DNA of 37,513 nucleotides from NCBI GenBank assembly GCA_033764315.1, contig JANRJA010000036.1, positions 1 through 37,513 of the forward strand, given 5' to 3'. Position 1 is the first letter of the stretch; each line of letters opens with the position of its first letter. Positions 18,701 to 27,754 of the stretch are shown piece by piece. The position numbers and the translations under genes are program-made. The notes beneath the pieces are model-generated. The model searched no databases. It was not told the DNA's origin and saw only the letters and a program-made list of their open reading frames with translations. The DNA is from Oculatellaceae cyanobacterium bins.114. Lineage in GTDB: Bacteria; Cyanobacteriota; Cyanobacteriia; Elainellales; Elainellaceae.

Positions 18701-20210
18701 AAGTGATTCTGGAACGGTTGTTCAAGAGGCAGTAGTGCCTGGATATACCCAGATTTATGGGCGAGATATTTGCGATCCCTGTTTCTCTAACCACATTGAG
18801 CACTATCGACAGGGGCGCGTTAAAGCCATTAGCAATGTCGAAACAGCAGATATTCAACCCTGCCATGTTGAGTTTTTACAACAGTTTGAAGTCAGAGCCA
18901 ATCTAGTGGTTCCCATCCTGCAAATCGACCACCATGAAAGCAGTGAGGCGGCTCTGTGGGGGTTACTCATTGTGCACCAATGCACCCACCCTAGAGAATG
19001 GTCTGAATTTGAGGTCGAGTTGTTGCAACAACTCGCAGATCAGGTGGCGATCGCCCTGGCTCAAAGTCAACTGCTTGAGTCTTTGCGTGAAAGTGAAGAG
19101 CGTTTTTATGGTGCTTTTGAACATACTGCTGTCGGTATGGCAATCATGGGTTTAGACGGTCAATGGTTACAGGTCAACCCAGCCCTCTGTCGCATTGTCG
19201 GCTATTCAGAAGCTGAACTGTTGACCATGACCTCCCAGTCCATCACCTACCCGGATGATCTGGAATCTAACCAATACGAAGTGCAGCAGGTGCTTTCAGG
19301 CAAGATTCGGTTTTATCACCTCGAAAAGCGTTACTTCCATAAAGATGGGCAATTGGTTTGGATTGCTCTGAGTGTGTCTCTCGTTCGAGATGCTCAGGGA
19401 CAACCCCTCTACTTTGTTTCACTGATTCAAGACATTACAGAACGCAAGCAAGCTGAGGAGGAAATTCTTAAAGCCTTAGCAAAGGAGAAAGAATTGAACG
19501 AGTTAAAATCCCGCTTTGTCTCAATGATTTCTCATGAATTTCGTACCCCGTTGACGACCATTCAATCAGCCGCTGAACTGCTAGAACACTATGAGTGGTC
19601 AGTTGAACAGCGACGAGAGCGGTTTCAACAAATTCATGCCTCTGTGCAACACATGATTCAGTTGCTAGAGGATGTGTTGTTAATTGGTAAATCTGACGCT
19701 GATCGCTTGCAAATCAAGGAAGAACGATTAAATTTACTCCTATTTTGCCAAACCTTAATTGCAGACTTACAATTAACCGCAGGGCCTAACTACCGTATGC
19801 TCTTCACCCAGGAGGGTGATATTCAAGAGGTTTTGATTGACCCAAAACTACTGAGACAAATTTTGACCAACTTATTGTCTAACGCTATTAAATATTCTCC
19901 AGATGGTGGAAATATTACTTTAGAATTGAGTTGCCAAGCAAAAAACATCGTATTACGAGTTCGAGACCAGGGAATTGGCATTCCACCTGAGAATCGAGAA
20001 CGGCTATTTGAAGTGTTTTACCGTGCAACTAACGTTGACACCATTCAAGGAACAGGGCTAGGATTGGCGATTGTAAAGAGGTGTGTTGATTTATACCAAG
20101 GACGTATCACCCTAGAAAGTGAAATAGGGGTGGGGACAACATTTACCGTTATATTGCCGTTGAACCATCCAGGGGTTAAAGAAATCCATGTCAAAAATTC
20201 TAGTCATTGA
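15720..20210 (+). CDS. Multi-PAS / cyanobacteriochrome GAF sensor histidine kinase
   Basis: About 8 PAS/PAC units ending in DIT motifs, a GAF with DPCF and PCH, HisKA SHEFRTPL, and HATPase N/G1/G2 boxes. Confidence 0.93.
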   Translation: MADCIRHLQGLLDHASDLYLIFSPEGRLLYTNPAFYHFLGYTKADTKQHSFFDLLHPNSGDRLRKTLQTLQTKGKERTITTTFVAKDGNSVSLSGCISLQAEEGSSLFWSVWKTEGDLCSSCSTSDHEHLQEAFRQGESRYRALVEDQTELICCFLEDGTLTFVNHAYCRYFERPIEQLIGTSFFRCVPQEDRDIPLQYGSMLSQSNPAVTYEHRVIAPTGEVRWQQWTNRAIFDNQGQLVEYQAVGRDITDIKQTEAALRVSEERLRLALEASQVGIWDCNLRTGQVIWSTDVEKLFGLPPGEFNGSDQDFLKYVHPDDREHVFQASRQAICERSTYDIEFRVVCPNNEIRWIASKGQVLYSEVGKPIRMTGINLDITNRKTLEESLRQVNEQQGFEIKAYSSELTDTIQRLQQEISNRKHVEYALRESEERYRSVIAVLQEGIVLYDANGSVQACNASAERILGRSAAQIYGESPLDSSEQAICEDGSAFLSEMHPATITRQTGRPCSNVVMGLCKPSGGLTWISINSQPLFHTGEQLPYAVVISFSDITARKQAEMALQNSEALYRAIVEDQTELVCRFLIDGTLTFVNDAYCRVLGIDREELIGHNYRMFLLALDPEAEAPLIASLMPDTSFSCFEHQVILPNGEVCWQQWNSRAIFDDQGNFLEFQAVGRDITDRKRVEEALQQTTDRLNGILQSVDDVVWSLSPDNTTVYYISPAAEQIYGYPITAFYQNPNLWSEVVHPQDQLEVRSSVPNLFQTGLLSMEYRIVRSDETTRWLYHRSWLIRDNSGKATRIDSIITDITDRKLVEAELRLREARYVLASCAGQVGVWDWNLNTNEIYIDPHLKQMLGYQDHDIRNHLDDWVQLVHPDDLDRVIVSINNHLSGHISEYELEYRMIHQNGGIHWFLTRGVGLYDTSGKPYRMMGTNTNITDRKQAEEQLQRQHQRSQLFAEITLKIRQSLQLEEILHTTVTEVQKLLQADRVIVYRLWSSDSGTVVQEAVVPGYTQIYGRDICDPCFSNHIEHYRQGRVKAISNVETADIQPCHVEFLQQFEVRANLVVPILQIDHHESSEAALWGLLIVHQCTHPREWSEFEVELLQQLADQVAIALAQSQLLESLRESEERFYGAFEHTAVGMAIMGLDGQWLQVNPALCRIVGYSEAELLTMTSQSITYPDDLESNQYEVQQVLSGKIRFYHLEKRYFHKDGQLVWIALSVSLVRDAQGQPLYFVSLIQDITERKQAEEEILKALAKEKELNELKSRFVSMISHEFRTPLTTIQSAAELLEHYEWSVEQRRERFQQIHASVQHMIQLLEDVLLIGKSDADRLQIKEERLNLLLFCQTLIADLQLTAGPNYRMLFTQEGDIQEVLIDPKLLRQILTNLLSNAIKYSPDGGNITLELSCQAKNIVLRVRDQGIGIPPENRERLFEVFYRATNVDTIQGTGLGLAIVKRCVDLYQGRITLESEIGVGTTFTVILPLNHPGVKEIHVKNSSH

Positions 20211-20895
20211 AGATGAGCGACCCGTTCGGACGAATATTGTAGATCTTCTAACGGTGGAAGGGTTTGAGGCGATTGGCGCAGAGAATGGTCGAGCCGGACT
20301 GCAACTCATTCAAGAACAGGAACCCGATTTAGTCATTTGTGATGTGCTCATGCCCAAAATGGATGGGTTTGAGGTGTTGCGAGCACTGGGTCAAAGACCT
20401 GACATTGAATCTGTCCCATTTATTTTTTTAACCGCCAAAACTGAGCGATCTGATATGCGCCAAGGCATGGAGTTAGGCGCGTATGACTATCTGACAAAAC
20501 CGTTTACTCGCACAGAGTTATTGGGAGCCGTACACGCCCAACTCAAAAAGCGAGAATTGATGATGCAGCAATATATGACGGCCTGTGAGCAGTCGGAACA
20601 GCTAGAGCAACGGTTACACGAATTGCAGCAGTTTAGTGATGCCAAAGGGCAACTGCTCAACAATTTGATTGATGAGTTGCGTAACCCGCTCTCTAACATC
20701 AGTCTTTCCATTCGGATGTTGAAAGAAGGCACTCCTGGTGCCAATCGCGATCGCTACCTTAAAATTTTGCAAGAAGAATTTTCGCGGGAAATTGCCCTCC
20801 TCAATCAGGTCTCAGAACTGCAACAATTGCTCACGCCAGCCAACATCAAGTTACTACGACAATTTAATCTGCTACAAGGAAAATCTGAGGGGTAG
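20188..20895 (+). CDS. Response regulator (REC + coiled coil + degenerate HisKA-like tail)
   Basis: ILVIEDE, ICDVLMP, FLTA, YLTKPF; tail LIDELRNPLSNI. Overlaps the kinase gene by 23 nt. Confidence 0.9.
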   Translation: MSKILVIEDERPVRTNIVDLLTVEGFEAIGAENGRAGLQLIQEQEPDLVICDVLMPKMDGFEVLRALGQRPDIESVPFIFLTAKTERSDMRQGMELGAYDYLTKPFTRTELLGAVHAQLKKRELMMQQYMTACEQSEQLEQRLHELQQFSDAKGQLLNNLIDELRNPLSNISLSIRMLKEGTPGANRDRYLKILQEEFSREIALLNQVSELQQLLTPANIKLLRQFNLLQGKSEG

Positions 20896-21129
20896 AGTAA
20901 GAGAGAACAGCGTGGAACCCATTCCAATCAACTCTTCAGTCGCTATAGCACTTTCCGGATCGGACTGTGGGAAGACTGGAAAACGGATAGAGCGATTACC
21001 CCAACGGGAAACAGCTTTACATCGCTCTTCTCAATCTCTTGGGTGAATGATTGTGTGACGTCAAGAACTCCATGCAAGAGAGCGGTTGAATGACTATGAT
21101 TGAAACGGTTATCTTTGCTGGCTCAGCTT

Positions 21130-22503
21130 ATGGAATCGCAACGTCCTAATTCCTCTGCCCATGCTCGCCAAACACGGCAGCAATTTGTCAATCCAGAAGA
21201 CTATCTCTCCTATGAGTTAGGGAAAGCGGTTCGAGAGCTGCCCCCGTTGTATACGCGATTGTTGGCTGGCAGTTTGACGGCTTTAGTTTTAGGAGCCATT
21301 ACCTGGGCCCACTTTAGCAAGGTAGATGAGGTTGCAACCACCCAGGGTGAGTTGATCCCAGCGCAACAGGTGCGTCCAGTCCGCGCGCTAGACGGAGGAA
21401 TTATTCGAGAAATTCACGTTAAAGAGGGCGATCGCGTTGAACGAGGAGACGTTTTAATTGAACAAGACCCCTCTCTTCCAGCAGCAGCTGTTGATCGGTT
21501 AGAGCAATCGGCTGACCTGATTCGCCAAGATATTGCTCGTTTAGAGGCAGAGCGCACCGGGCAAACTAATGCTGGCACTGAATTGCAAGACCAATTATTA
21601 GCCGCTCGACTGCGCGAATTTGACACCCGTCAAGCCGCTGCTGTTGCTGAAACCAATCGCCAGTCTGCCGCGATCGCTGAAGCCCGAACGCAACTCACTC
21701 GACTTCAAGAAAATTTGTCAAACGCTAGAATTAGCTTGCGTAACGCAGAAGAGCGAGAAAGCAGTTTGCGCGGGTTAGTCGAGGGAGCTATTCCTCGATT
21801 TGATTATTTAGAAGCCAAAGACCGTTTAACCCAAGCTCAAGATCAGGTTTCTTCATTAACGCAAGAAATCGCCGGACAGCAACAAGCTATTCGACAAGCA
21901 GAGCAAGCCTATCAAGCTGCTCGACAAGCCTCTGGCACTCTTAGTTCGCAACGAGAAGGAGAAATTATTGCTCAGCTCAATCAGCGGCGTGAAGAGTTGA
22001 CAAACATCGAAGGTCAATTGGAGCAAGCCACCCAACAGCGCGATCGCGAAACCCTGAGGGCACCCATCAGCGGCAGAATCTACAACCTAAAAGCCACGCT
22101 AGGAGAAGGTACTGTAGAACCGGGGGAAGAACTGCTCTCGATCTTGCCGGATGGCGACAACTTGATGCTAGAAGTCAAAGTGTTAAACCGGGATATTGGT
22201 TTTATCCATGAAGGAATGCGGGCAAAAGTGAAACTTGCCACGTTTCCGTTTCAAGAATTTGGCACGATCGAAGGAAAAGTCGTTCAAATTAGCCCTAATG
22301 CCACACTCGACGAAAATTTAGGCTTAATTTTTACCGCCACGGTTGAACTCAGCCGCACTACAGTTCGGGTGCAAAGCCGTGATGTAGAACTAGTTCCTGG
22401 GATGGCAGCCACCGCTGAACTGGTGACTCGACAGCGATCGGTGCTGACCTTCTTAATTGAACCTGTGACTCGACGATTTGATGAAGCCTTTGGAGTGAGA
22501 TAA
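21130..22503 (+). CDS. HlyD-family type I secretion membrane fusion protein
   Basis: One TM, VKEGDRVERGDVL, long coiled coil, LRAPISG, FPFQEFGTIEG, PGMAATAE. Confidence 0.92.
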   Translation: MESQRPNSSAHARQTRQQFVNPEDYLSYELGKAVRELPPLYTRLLAGSLTALVLGAITWAHFSKVDEVATTQGELIPAQQVRPVRALDGGIIREIHVKEGDRVERGDVLIEQDPSLPAAAVDRLEQSADLIRQDIARLEAERTGQTNAGTELQDQLLAARLREFDTRQAAAVAETNRQSAAIAEARTQLTRLQENLSNARISLRNAEERESSLRGLVEGAIPRFDYLEAKDRLTQAQDQVSSLTQEIAGQQQAIRQAEQAYQAARQASGTLSSQREGEIIAQLNQRREELTNIEGQLEQATQQRDRETLRAPISGRIYNLKATLGEGTVEPGEELLSILPDGDNLMLEVKVLNRDIGFIHEGMRAKVKLATFPFQEFGTIEGKVVQISPNATLDENLGLIFTATVELSRTTVRVQSRDVELVPGMAATAELVTRQRSVLTFLIEPVTRRFDEAFGVR

Positions 22504-22540
22504 GGTAATTAAATCTTATGCTCAGGAGCGATCGCCCATT

Positions 22541-23098
22541 ATGGCTAAAGTGTTTGATTGCATCACCGATGATTTGCAAAAATTCATTGCCACTCAACAC
22601 ATCTTCTTTGTCGCAACTGCTCCTCTCAGTGCCACAGGACATATCAACGTCTCCCCTAAAGGACTCGATAGCTTCCGCATCCTTTCCCCTAATCAGGTTG
22701 CTTACCTTGATCTAACAGGCAGCGGTAACGAAACCTCAGCTCACCTGCTCGAAAATACTCGCATTACCTTGATGTTTTGCGCCTTTCAAGGGGCACCCAT
22801 GATTTTGCGCCTCTATGGACAGGGCAAAGTGTTGCTTCCTACTATGTCTGGTTGGGATTCCCTGGCAGAGCTGTTTCCCAACCTTCCTGGCATTCGACAA
22901 ATTGTTGTCGCTGATATCGATCGCGTCCAAACCTCGTGTGGCACTGCAGTTCCATTGTTTCAACATGAGGGCGATCGCGATCAGTTGGTGCAGTGGGCAA
23001 TCAAAAAAGGGGATGCAGGCTTGCGAGATTATTGGCAACAAAAAAACATGACTAGCATTGATGGATTACCTTCTCCATTGAGCTTAGAGATGAAATAG
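22541..23098 (+). CDS. Pyridoxamine 5'-phosphate oxidase-related FMN-binding protein
   Basis: FFVATAP, NVSPKG, YLDLTGSGNETSAHL, VQTSCG, SIDGLP. Confidence 0.88.
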   Translation: MAKVFDCITDDLQKFIATQHIFFVATAPLSATGHINVSPKGLDSFRILSPNQVAYLDLTGSGNETSAHLLENTRITLMFCAFQGAPMILRLYGQGKVLLPTMSGWDSLAELFPNLPGIRQIVVADIDRVQTSCGTAVPLFQHEGDRDQLVQWAIKKGDAGLRDYWQQKNMTSIDGLPSPLSLEMK

Positions 23099-23100
23099 AT

Positions 23101-24129
23101 ATGGATGATATTTGGTTTGTTCGTGCTGGAAAAGAAAGTGTTTATGCTGACGATTTTATTCAAAGCAAAATTGTTGCTATAGGATGGTCATTACTTGGAA
23201 ATATTGATACTAATATCTCTAAACCAGAGCTTATCAAGCTTTATCAACAGACATACATAGACCATCCAGCAGGGCGGGTGCAAGTTGCCGTGAGTCAGAT
23301 CATTCGCTTTATGCAAGAGATTAAGATTGGCCACACCGTGATGACACACGATCGCGAGAAGCAGATGTATTACATTGGTCGTATTACGTCAGATTGTATT
23401 TGGCAATCTGATGCAATTGCTGAACTCCAACGCACTCGAAATGTAGAGTGGGAATATCAGGTACCACGTAATAGCTTAAGTAGCGAAGCTAAAAATACAC
23501 TTGGGGCAATTTTAACTTTGTTTCTTGTTAGAGAAAACATTGCAGCAGAAATAAAATCTAAGGCTATTTTAATTCAACAATCCTCTACTAGTTCCAGCAC
23601 AGTTTTAATTGCTCCTCCAATAGTTGACTCAGATCAAAGTGAACTTGAACATCAAATACGAACAGAATTGCTTGAAAAGTCAGAACTAGCTATCGAAGAT
23701 CGCATTATCCGCCTTGATTGGGAACAAATGCAGGAATTAGTAGCAGGTATCCTTCGTGCTATGGGATATCGCACAACAGTTTCTCCTCGCGGATCAGATC
23801 GTGGCATTGATATATTTGCATCACCCGATGGACTCGGACTAGAAGAACCACGTATTTTTGTAGAAGTCAAACATCGTCCTAATACTAGTATTGGCTCACA
23901 AGATATTCGTTCCTTTATTGGTGGACGCAGCTCTGGTGATAGATGTCTTTATGTAAGTACAGGTGGTTACTCAAGAGAGGCTCGTTATGAAGCTGATCGT
24001 TCAAATATCCCAATTAATCTACTAGGTATTGTTGAACTAAGAAAGCTATTTGTTGATTACTATGACAAGCTTGATGAAGAGATTAAAAGCTTAATACCAT
24101 TAAAAAGAATTTACGTACTAGCTGACTAA
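23101..24129 (+). CDS. Mrr-type restriction endonuclease
   Basis: N-terminal WFVRAG..IVAIGW domain and C-terminal Mrr_cat-like ELVAGILRAMGY..DRGIDI..FVEVK..GLYVSTGG-type motifs (here CLYVSTGG). AT-rich. Confidence 0.88.
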   Translation: MDDIWFVRAGKESVYADDFIQSKIVAIGWSLLGNIDTNISKPELIKLYQQTYIDHPAGRVQVAVSQIIRFMQEIKIGHTVMTHDREKQMYYIGRITSDCIWQSDAIAELQRTRNVEWEYQVPRNSLSSEAKNTLGAILTLFLVRENIAAEIKSKAILIQQSSTSSSTVLIAPPIVDSDQSELEHQIRTELLEKSELAIEDRIIRLDWEQMQELVAGILRAMGYRTTVSPRGSDRGIDIFASPDGLGLEEPRIFVEVKHRPNTSIGSQDIRSFIGGRSSGDRCLYVSTGGYSREARYEADRSNIPINLLGIVELRKLFVDYYDKLDEEIKSLIPLKRIYVLAD

Positions 24130-24194
24130 ATTTAGTGAATTTGGAAGAAATTCTCCACCTTCACCTATTTGTCACAATTAGACCAAGTTGTAGT

Positions 24195-24360
24195 GTTAAG
24201 TTTTTACTTCAAGCAGGTGCTGATGTCAATCCATCAAGGAGCTCATGGAGAGACTGCATTGATATTGGCGAGAGAATACGACCCCAATAAAGGTTTTGAA
24301 GAAGAGTTACTCAATCAAGCAATTCGTGAAATGAAATCTCTTTTAGAAGAGGCTATGTAA
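24195..24360 (+). pseudogene. Ankyrin-repeat gene remnant with a frameshift
   Basis: VKFLLQAGADVN (24195-24230), then one extra C at 24231, then HQGAHGETALILA...* forms one ankyrin repeat across two frames. Confidence 0.7.
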
Positions 24361-24392
24361 TAGGACAATTAAATTTTGACATGATATAGAAT

Positions 24393-24419
24393 GGTGCGTT
24401 TACCTAACAGCAACGCACC
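24393..24419. terminator. Hairpin between convergent genes
   Basis: GGTGCGTT...AACGCACC. Confidence 0.45.
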
Positions 24420-24447
24420 CATCTCTACCAACTTCCAACAATTGACT

Positions 24448-26745
24448 CTATTGTTGAGGTTTCTTAGCCGCCTCAGTCTTTTCGCGATCGAGCTTTAACA
24501 CCAACACTCCAAGAGGCGGCAAGCATAAATCGATGGAGTAAGGGCGATTGTGGAATGACCACTCTTCTGCCCATTTGCCACCTAAATTGCCCATATTGCT
24601 GCCACCATATTCACGAGCATCGCTGTTAAACAACTCAGTATAAAAGCCCAGATCTGGCACTCCAACTCGATAATGAGAATGAGGTTGAGGGGTAAAGTTG
24701 CAGACTACCACCACATATTCCCCAGAATCTTTTGCCTTGCGAAGAAAAGACACAACACTATGGCGGTTATCGCTGCAATCAATCCATTCAAAGCCATCAA
24801 AGCTAAAGTCTTGACTATGCAGGGCAGATTCACTGCGATAGAGGTGGTTGAGCTTGCCCACAAAATTCTTTAACTTCGTGGGAGCCTCATGTTGCAACAA
24901 ATGCCACTCTAAATCACCCCAGACGTTCCACTCAGTCCACTGTCCAAACTCCATGCTCATGAACAGGGTCTTTTTGCCAGGGTGAGTAAACATATAGGAG
25001 TAAAGGCAACGGAGATTAGCATATTTTTGCCATTCGTCTCCAGGCATTTTGCCAATCATGTTGCTCTTGCCATGTACCACCTCATCATGGGAGAACGCCA
25101 GCATAAAATTTTCGCTAAACGCATACATGATGCTAAACGTGACGTTGTTTTGGTGGAACTGGCGGAACCAGGGATCCATGTGAAAGTAATCAATCATGTC
25201 ATGCATCCAACCCATGTTCCACTTCAGGTTGAAGCCTAACCCACCGACATAAGTAGGCCACGACACCATCGGCCACGAGGTTGACTCTTCGGCGATCGTC
25301 AGTGCTCCTGGAAAGTAGCTAAACACGACATGATTCATCTGACGGAGAAAATCAGCGGCTTCGATGTTCTCCCGACCGCCATATTGATTTGTCACCCATT
25401 CACCATCTTTGCGGCAATAGTCGAGATAGAGCATGGATGCCACTGCATCAACCCGAATGCCATCAATGTGGTATTTGTCAAACCAGAACAAAGCATTTGA
25501 AACGAGGAAGTTTCGTACTTCATTACGGGCATAGTTGAATACCAGAGTGCCCCACTCTTTATGTTCGCCTTTACGAGGATCGGCGTGTTCATAGAGGTGA
25601 CTGCCATCAAAAAATGCTAATCCATGCCCATCTTTAGGGAAATGCCCCGGCACCCAGTCTACAATTACCCCGATGCCATTGGCATGACATTGATCGACGA
25701 AGTACATGAAGTCTTGAGGGGTGCCATAGCGAGAGGTGCAGGCATAGTACCCCGTCACCTGATAGCCCCAGGAACCATCAAAGGGGTGCTCGGCGATCGG
25801 CAACAACTCAACATGAGTGAAACCCAATTCTTTCACATAGGGAATCAGTCGTTCTGCCAATTCTCGATAGGTGAGGAAACGCGCTCCCGGTTTCAAATCA
25901 GCCACAATCACTACAGGTTCAAGTTCACCTGTGGGGGATAAGGCAGGCTGATCTGAAGACGCATGTAGCCAAGAACCGATGTGTACTTCATAGACTGAGA
26001 TGGGTTGTGAGAGTGTGTCGGTGTGGCGGCGTTTCTCAATCCAATCTTGATCATTCCACTGATAGCTGCTGAGATCTGTGACGATAGACGCTGTTTTAGG
26101 TCGAACTTCCTGTTGATATCCGTAGGGGTCAGATTTTTCGTAAATGTGTCCGGCGTGGTTTTTGATCTCAAATTTGTAGCGATCGCCCACTCCTATAGCT
26201 GGAATGAACAGTTCCCAAATGCCATTTTCAATTCGGCGCATTTGATGCTTACGACCATCCCACCAGTTAAAGTCGCCTAACACAGAGACGTTACGGGCAT
26301 TGGGTGCCCAAACAGCAAAGTAGACTCCTTTTACCCCATCCACCTCAGCCAGGTGTGCCCCTAATTTTTCATAAATCCGGTGGTGGTTGCCCTCACCAAA
26401 CAAATAGACATCAAAGTCAGTCAACAGGGGCGATCGAAAGGCATAGGGGTCATACATAAAGCGTTCGTGTTCCCCTTCCTTGACACGAAACTGGTAGTTT
26501 GCCAGTTCCTCCACATCCAACACACATTCAAAGAAGTGAGGGTTATGCACCGCTTGCATGGGATATTCTTTCCGTTCTTCAGGAAAGACTACCCATGCTG
26601 CATCCGCATTAGGGAGGTAAGCCCGTACGGCCCATACCGATTTACCATCTTGGGCAATCAAATGCGGTCCCAAGACTTCAAACGGATCATGGTGCTGGTT
26701 CCAAACAATCCGTTCAATCTGTTCTGGCGCAACGGTCGTCAACAT
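24448..26745 (-). CDS. glgB: 1,4-alpha-glucan branching enzyme
   Basis: [49 protein letters not shown]. Confidence 0.97.
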   Translation of the reverse strand: MLTTVAPEQIERIVWNQHHDPFEVLGPHLIAQDGKSVWAVRAYLPNADAAWVVFPEERKEYPMQAVHNPHFFECVLDVEELANYQFRVKEGEHERFMYDPYAFRSPLLTDFDVYLFGEGNHHRIYEKLGAHLAEVDGVKGVYFAVWAPNARNVSVLGDFNWWDGRKHQMRRIENGIWELFIPAIGVGDRYKFEIKNHAGHIYEKSDPYGYQQEVRPKTASIVTDLSSYQWNDQDWIEKRRHTDTLSQPISVYEVHIGSWLHASSDQPALSPTGELEPVVIVADLKPGARFLTYRELAERLIPYVKELGFTHVELLPIAEHPFDGSWGYQVTGYYACTSRYGTPQDFMYFVDQCHANGIGVIVDWVPGHFPKDGHGLAFFDGSHLYEHADPRKGEHKEWGTLVFNYARNEVRNFLVSNALFWFDKYHIDGIRVDAVASMLYLDYCRKDGEWVTNQYGGRENIEAADFLRQMNHVVFSYFPGALTIAEESTSWPMVSWPTYVGGLGFNLKWNMGWMHDMIDYFHMDPWFRQFHQNNVTFSIMYAFSENFMLAFSHDEVVHGKSNMIGKMPGDEWQKYANLRCLYSYMFTHPGKKTLFMSMEFGQWTEWNVWGDLEWHLLQHEAPTKLKNFVGKLNHLYRSESALHSQDFSFDGFEWIDCSDNRHSVVSFLRKAKDSGEYVVVVCNFTPQPHSHYRVGVPDLGFYTELFNSDAREYGGSNMGNLGGKWAEEWSFHNRPYSIDLCLPPLGVLVLKLDREKTEAAKKPQQ

Positions 26746-27078
26746 GCAAATTACCTACCTAAGTCAGGATGTCAAATTAGATTTATCGATATAAGAGGGG
26801 CGATCGCTCGGCAACCATACTTTGTATTGTGCAGTCTGCCAATCAGCCCATGAAACGGTTTTGAAACCAGTTTTGTTTCAGCGTGTCAATGGAGTAGTCA
26901 CACTGTACCTTATGGCATGGAATCTTTGCGGGTAAATAAAAACATCATTCAGTGACACAAGTTAAATAAAATTGAGCTAATTTGATGAATTTTTACAATA
27001 GCTGTAATAAACCGTATCAAATTCTGGCTAAACTCTCAAATCTTTCGATCAAGCGTTGAGGGTTTGAGGATCTATCTA

Positions 27079-27292
27079 ACCTGAGTTTGGGGCAAGGATT
27101 TTGGTGGTTAAAACCGCTGACTTCGGTGTGAGCGCAGACGTTTGGCGAAGCTCAGTCGAGCCGTCGAACGCTACACGAGCAAAACCGATCTAGGTCAGTT
27201 CAGTAAACCTTTGTTTTTGTTAGTCCGCTATGGCAGACTTCGCTCTGGTAGCCGCGAATTTATTCGCTGGGCTGCTTAAACCGAACTGACGT
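27079..27292. mobile_element. MITE family A, complete copy (214 bp)
   Basis: TIRs ACCTGAGTTTGG / ACGTCAGTTCGG. TATCTA duplicated at 27073-27078 and 27293-27298. Confidence 0.82.
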
Positions 27293-27651
27293 TATCTAGA
27301 TTGATGCGCTTGCCTGAGTTGCTCAATCAAACGCTCCCCAAACTTTGGAATCATAAATTTATGAGCGTGTCATTAATTTGGCATAAAGACACAGCAATAT
27401 CTATTTCCTCACAAGTGTTTTAACTGTACAGGGTATTGCCTCCACAATCTTTAACAGCTCTAAAGATGGCAGGCTTAACGATTAAATAATAAGACTGGGC
27501 AAAGTGGGCTGCACCTGCCTCTAAGCATATTGAGGTCGATAGACGATAACCCCCTTGAGAAGAGCTTGGCATAGCTCCTCTAACTTAATCCATGATGACA
27601 ATCACTTCTTTAATCAGGACTGAATGACGGCTAAATTCTGACTTAAACTAA

Positions 27652-27730
27652 GTACAACTCGTCGTAAATAGGGGTGGGAATTTGAGGTGCAGGGGTTTTA
27701 TTTCCGAACCCTATCTGTGAAAAGCAGTAC
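27652..27730. mobile_element. 79-bp MITE family C, short copy
   Basis: Same ends as 13718..13837. TAA TSD at 27649-27651 and 27731-27733. Lacks a 41-bp internal segment. Confidence 0.88.
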
Positions 27731-27754
27731 TAAGGGGATGGCTAAGAAGTTTTT

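Noticed and set aside
20943..21020. Degenerate inverted repeat CTATAGCACTTTCCG...CGGGAAACAGCTTTAC, possible MITE relic
   Set aside because: Too many mismatches, no clear TSD and no second copy in the window.
24673..26853. Many short ORFs antisense or out of frame to glgB (and similar ones over other long genes)
   Set aside because: Shadow ORFs of well-supported genes with no independent evidence.
27420..27572. 50-aa minus-strand ORF (MPSSSQGG...) preceded by GAGGAG
   Set aside because: The RBS spacing is only 2 nt and there is no recognisable motif; unsupported without homologs.
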